A stretch of DNA of 63,999 nucleotides, the filler included, from Circinaria calcarea (Eukaryota), in the NCBI GenBank assembly GCA_051942165.1. It is 12 parts of 12 records of this genome, joined end to end, with 100 filler letters (N's around TTAATTAATTAA, not from the genome) between each part and the next. Parts side by side here need not be neighbours in the genome. Positions count along the whole stretch, not along the records: positions 59,026 to 63,999 come from JAVECS010002097.1; 11 more parts are not named here. One strand, 5' to 3'. The translations under genes and the position numbers were made by a program. How positions within the stretch are numbered: the first letter of the stretch is position 1; each line of letters opens with the position of its first letter. A model generated the notes under the pieces. The model saw only the letters and a list, made by a program, of their open reading frames with translations. It was not told where the DNA came from and ran no database searches. Positions 61,693-63,999 of this stretch are shown here, piece after piece.

Positions 61693-63999
61693 GACTTCAA
61701 TTGGATGGGACAAGGTTCCTCAGGACAGCTGAGAAACTCCACGAGCTTTACTTGATAGGTGAACAATGGGATGGAGAAGGGAATCGAAAGTAGCAGGCCA
61801 GGGACTTTATAGCGTCCAAGAGAGGCCGGGCATAGCATGACGGAAGAATATTCAGCTTGTAAAGCATCTTGCCTGCGTGAGTAGACTTTGGGAGGCGTTG
61901 TTGTCAATTGCGGGAACGTAGGCTCGTGATCAGGTGCCGTAAGGTACCGAGAGTAAGAGTGGGATAGTCCATCCTACGGGAGATTGAGGTCTGGTAAGAG
62001 CGGGGCAAACCCGGGGGATAGAAGCAGGGAACGAGGGAAGGCTCCGCATGCTCCCATCGAGTTAAAAGTCAGTTCCTGAGCATTAGCCGTGGGACGGGGC
62101 ATAGTCGAGTTGCGACTGCATAAAGCCTCGCACTTGCTCACACCCCATGACGCTCGTCTAGGGCTCACATGAGATGGGAGGTTCATTTCCCGTGGTTGGT
62201 GTCGAAATCTTAGTTTCGGCCGGGCGGCAACATCTTCGAAACCACGGGGTCGAGTAGCTGCCTCAGACCTGCTCGCATTCCAAGCGTGTTTAATCCCAGA
62301 CTAGGAAGGCCGACAGAGGAGAGCATCAGGGATGGGAACAGACTCCTGCGGTACTTCGATGCCAGTCCATGGCACCTTGTGCCGGTCCACGAGGTCGACA
62401 AACGAAGTGAATCGGTGCCTCTACGACAGCCGGATCAGAGGCTTTGGAGGGACCATCTTACAGGATCTCGGGGAAGCACAGTGACTTCTGTGTCCGTCGA
62501 TTGTACCTGCATTAGCCGGTTCCTGTCCGAGCCAACCCACACATTACTCTACTCCGCACGGAAGAACAGCACTTCGCACGTGCGGGCTGCCGCCCTGCAG
62601 TGTGTCCCTTTGTTTTGGCGCCTGAGCTCAGACTAGGAGCACATCAGCTTGGGTCGGTCATTTTGTACGAGCAATTGTTCCTAAGGCGAGCGCATGGTCC
62701 CGAGGCCTGCCGTCTTCTCTGTGGTAGAGAATGGATTCTCCTCTGAAGCTGTGACTAGGTAGATAGTGATCCAAAGTCAATAGGGCGATTATGATAAAAT
62801 CTAATCGTTTTGGTGAGGCCCCAGGCAAACATTAGCGGCCCAATTTATCGTCAGGGCCATACCATAGCTGATACATGGGCTTCCAACCAAACGCTGAATG
62901 ATCAAATGTTCTCCTGCCCTTATCATCGCTTACTACCGTCAAGCACGTCCATTCCAGGCAGGGACCTCAGCTTGCATGCTTCCGCCAGGTAATTCTTCGG
63001 TGGAGCTTATTACAACTCACCAAGGCAGTCTTTGGGAGGGGTTATTCCTCGTGCTCTTTCCTCCCCTTCGGCTAAGGGGGAAGAACAACCACCCGAATCG
63101 TCCACATGTCTGCCCTACCCCATCCTGCCCAAAATTCTGAGAGGAGCGCGTTTTCAGGGACCATGAGATAAAACTGCAATGTCCTTTTCAGCAAGACGGC
63201 AGACGCCACTTGGATGCGCAATTTAGCCTTGGAGAGAGTGTATTATCTATATCTTTCGCCGTTTCAATCCCATCATCCATGGCGACGCATAACACGAGTC
63301 GGCAAGTCGGAGTATCTCTACATTGACGATGTTGGACCACTCATCTCTCATCGCCTATCCATAAATCCCTGGTCTCAGCAAGCTTCCGGCCACGCTTCTT
63401 GACCGTGTTGTGCGGTCAGATGAGGTGAGGCAAGGCGGGGCGGCAGTGGCTGAAGGTGCACGCATCAATGATCGTCATGCCCAAAGAAACTTCCAAAGGA
63501 TGAAGTCGACGAAAAAGAAAACCACGAGGTCCGTGGAGCTCCCAAGTCTCCCTGCGACACGCATGCCATACACTCGTCAGCTTCTATGTCTCGGCCGGGT
63601 CTCAAGGAGCGCTCTCGTTCGGCACCAATGGTGACTTCAGTTCTCCGAGGGGACCGCAATGATGGCCAGCGCAGGGAACCTAACCCTACCACGTCCGAGC
63701 TCGTTACCAGCGCTGGCATCGATCTCGACGATGGCCAGCCATGCTCGTACTTACAGTCTGATCTCCTAGAGCCGAGCAAAATGATACAAGTCCCGAGTAC
63801 GTTTGGTGCTGTAAGTTGACCTGCGGCTAACACCAAGGCACCTTTCTGTCTACAAACTATTTCTAGTCAAGCCACAGTCTAGCTTAAGGGGCGGTGTATC
63901 TCCATCAAATTGGCAGTGGATAACTAATTTCGAGTGAATGATCCAGGCCGAACATCTCAAAATGATGCCTGAGGTGAACTTGGCTGTGATAGGCCAACG

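Overview
Filamentous ascomycete (Pezizomycotina) genomic DNA with short spliceosomal introns and RIP-like AT-rich relics. The window is not one locus. It is 12 unrelated ~5.25-5.28 kb contigs concatenated in descending length order, joined by an artificial 100-nt linker (N44-TTAATTAATTAA-N44), so adjacency across linkers means nothing and many genes are cut at contig ends. Recognisable genes: DPH4/JJJ3 5' part (missed by the ORF track), a Mug190-like SMP/C2 protein, an ABCC/MRP transporter, an F-box-like/UBA protein, a PI-PLC, an SDR, a GMC oxidoreductase, an APC amino-acid permease, an RCHY1/Pirh2-like CHY-RING ligase, a Pro-rich AIM3-like gene next to a stand-alone BBC1/AIM3-type cysteine-proteinase-fold gene, a Zn-cluster TF, a Pho84-like transporter, ROK1 and a PTH11-like protein. 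Most notable non-standard structures: (i) a foldback element rich in GNA-triloop mini-hairpins, interrupted by a solo LTR with a perfect 5-bp TSD (59.4-60.2 kb); (ii) two different NRPS-like reductase-domain fragments back-to-back on opposite strands (24.5-25.2 kb); (iii) a CHAP/NlpC-like domain with an apparently intact catalytic triad encoded separately from its usual Pro-rich partner; (iv) a contig of stop-riddled pseudogenes (32.2-37.5 kb). All family calls come from motif recognition by eye; no searches were run.
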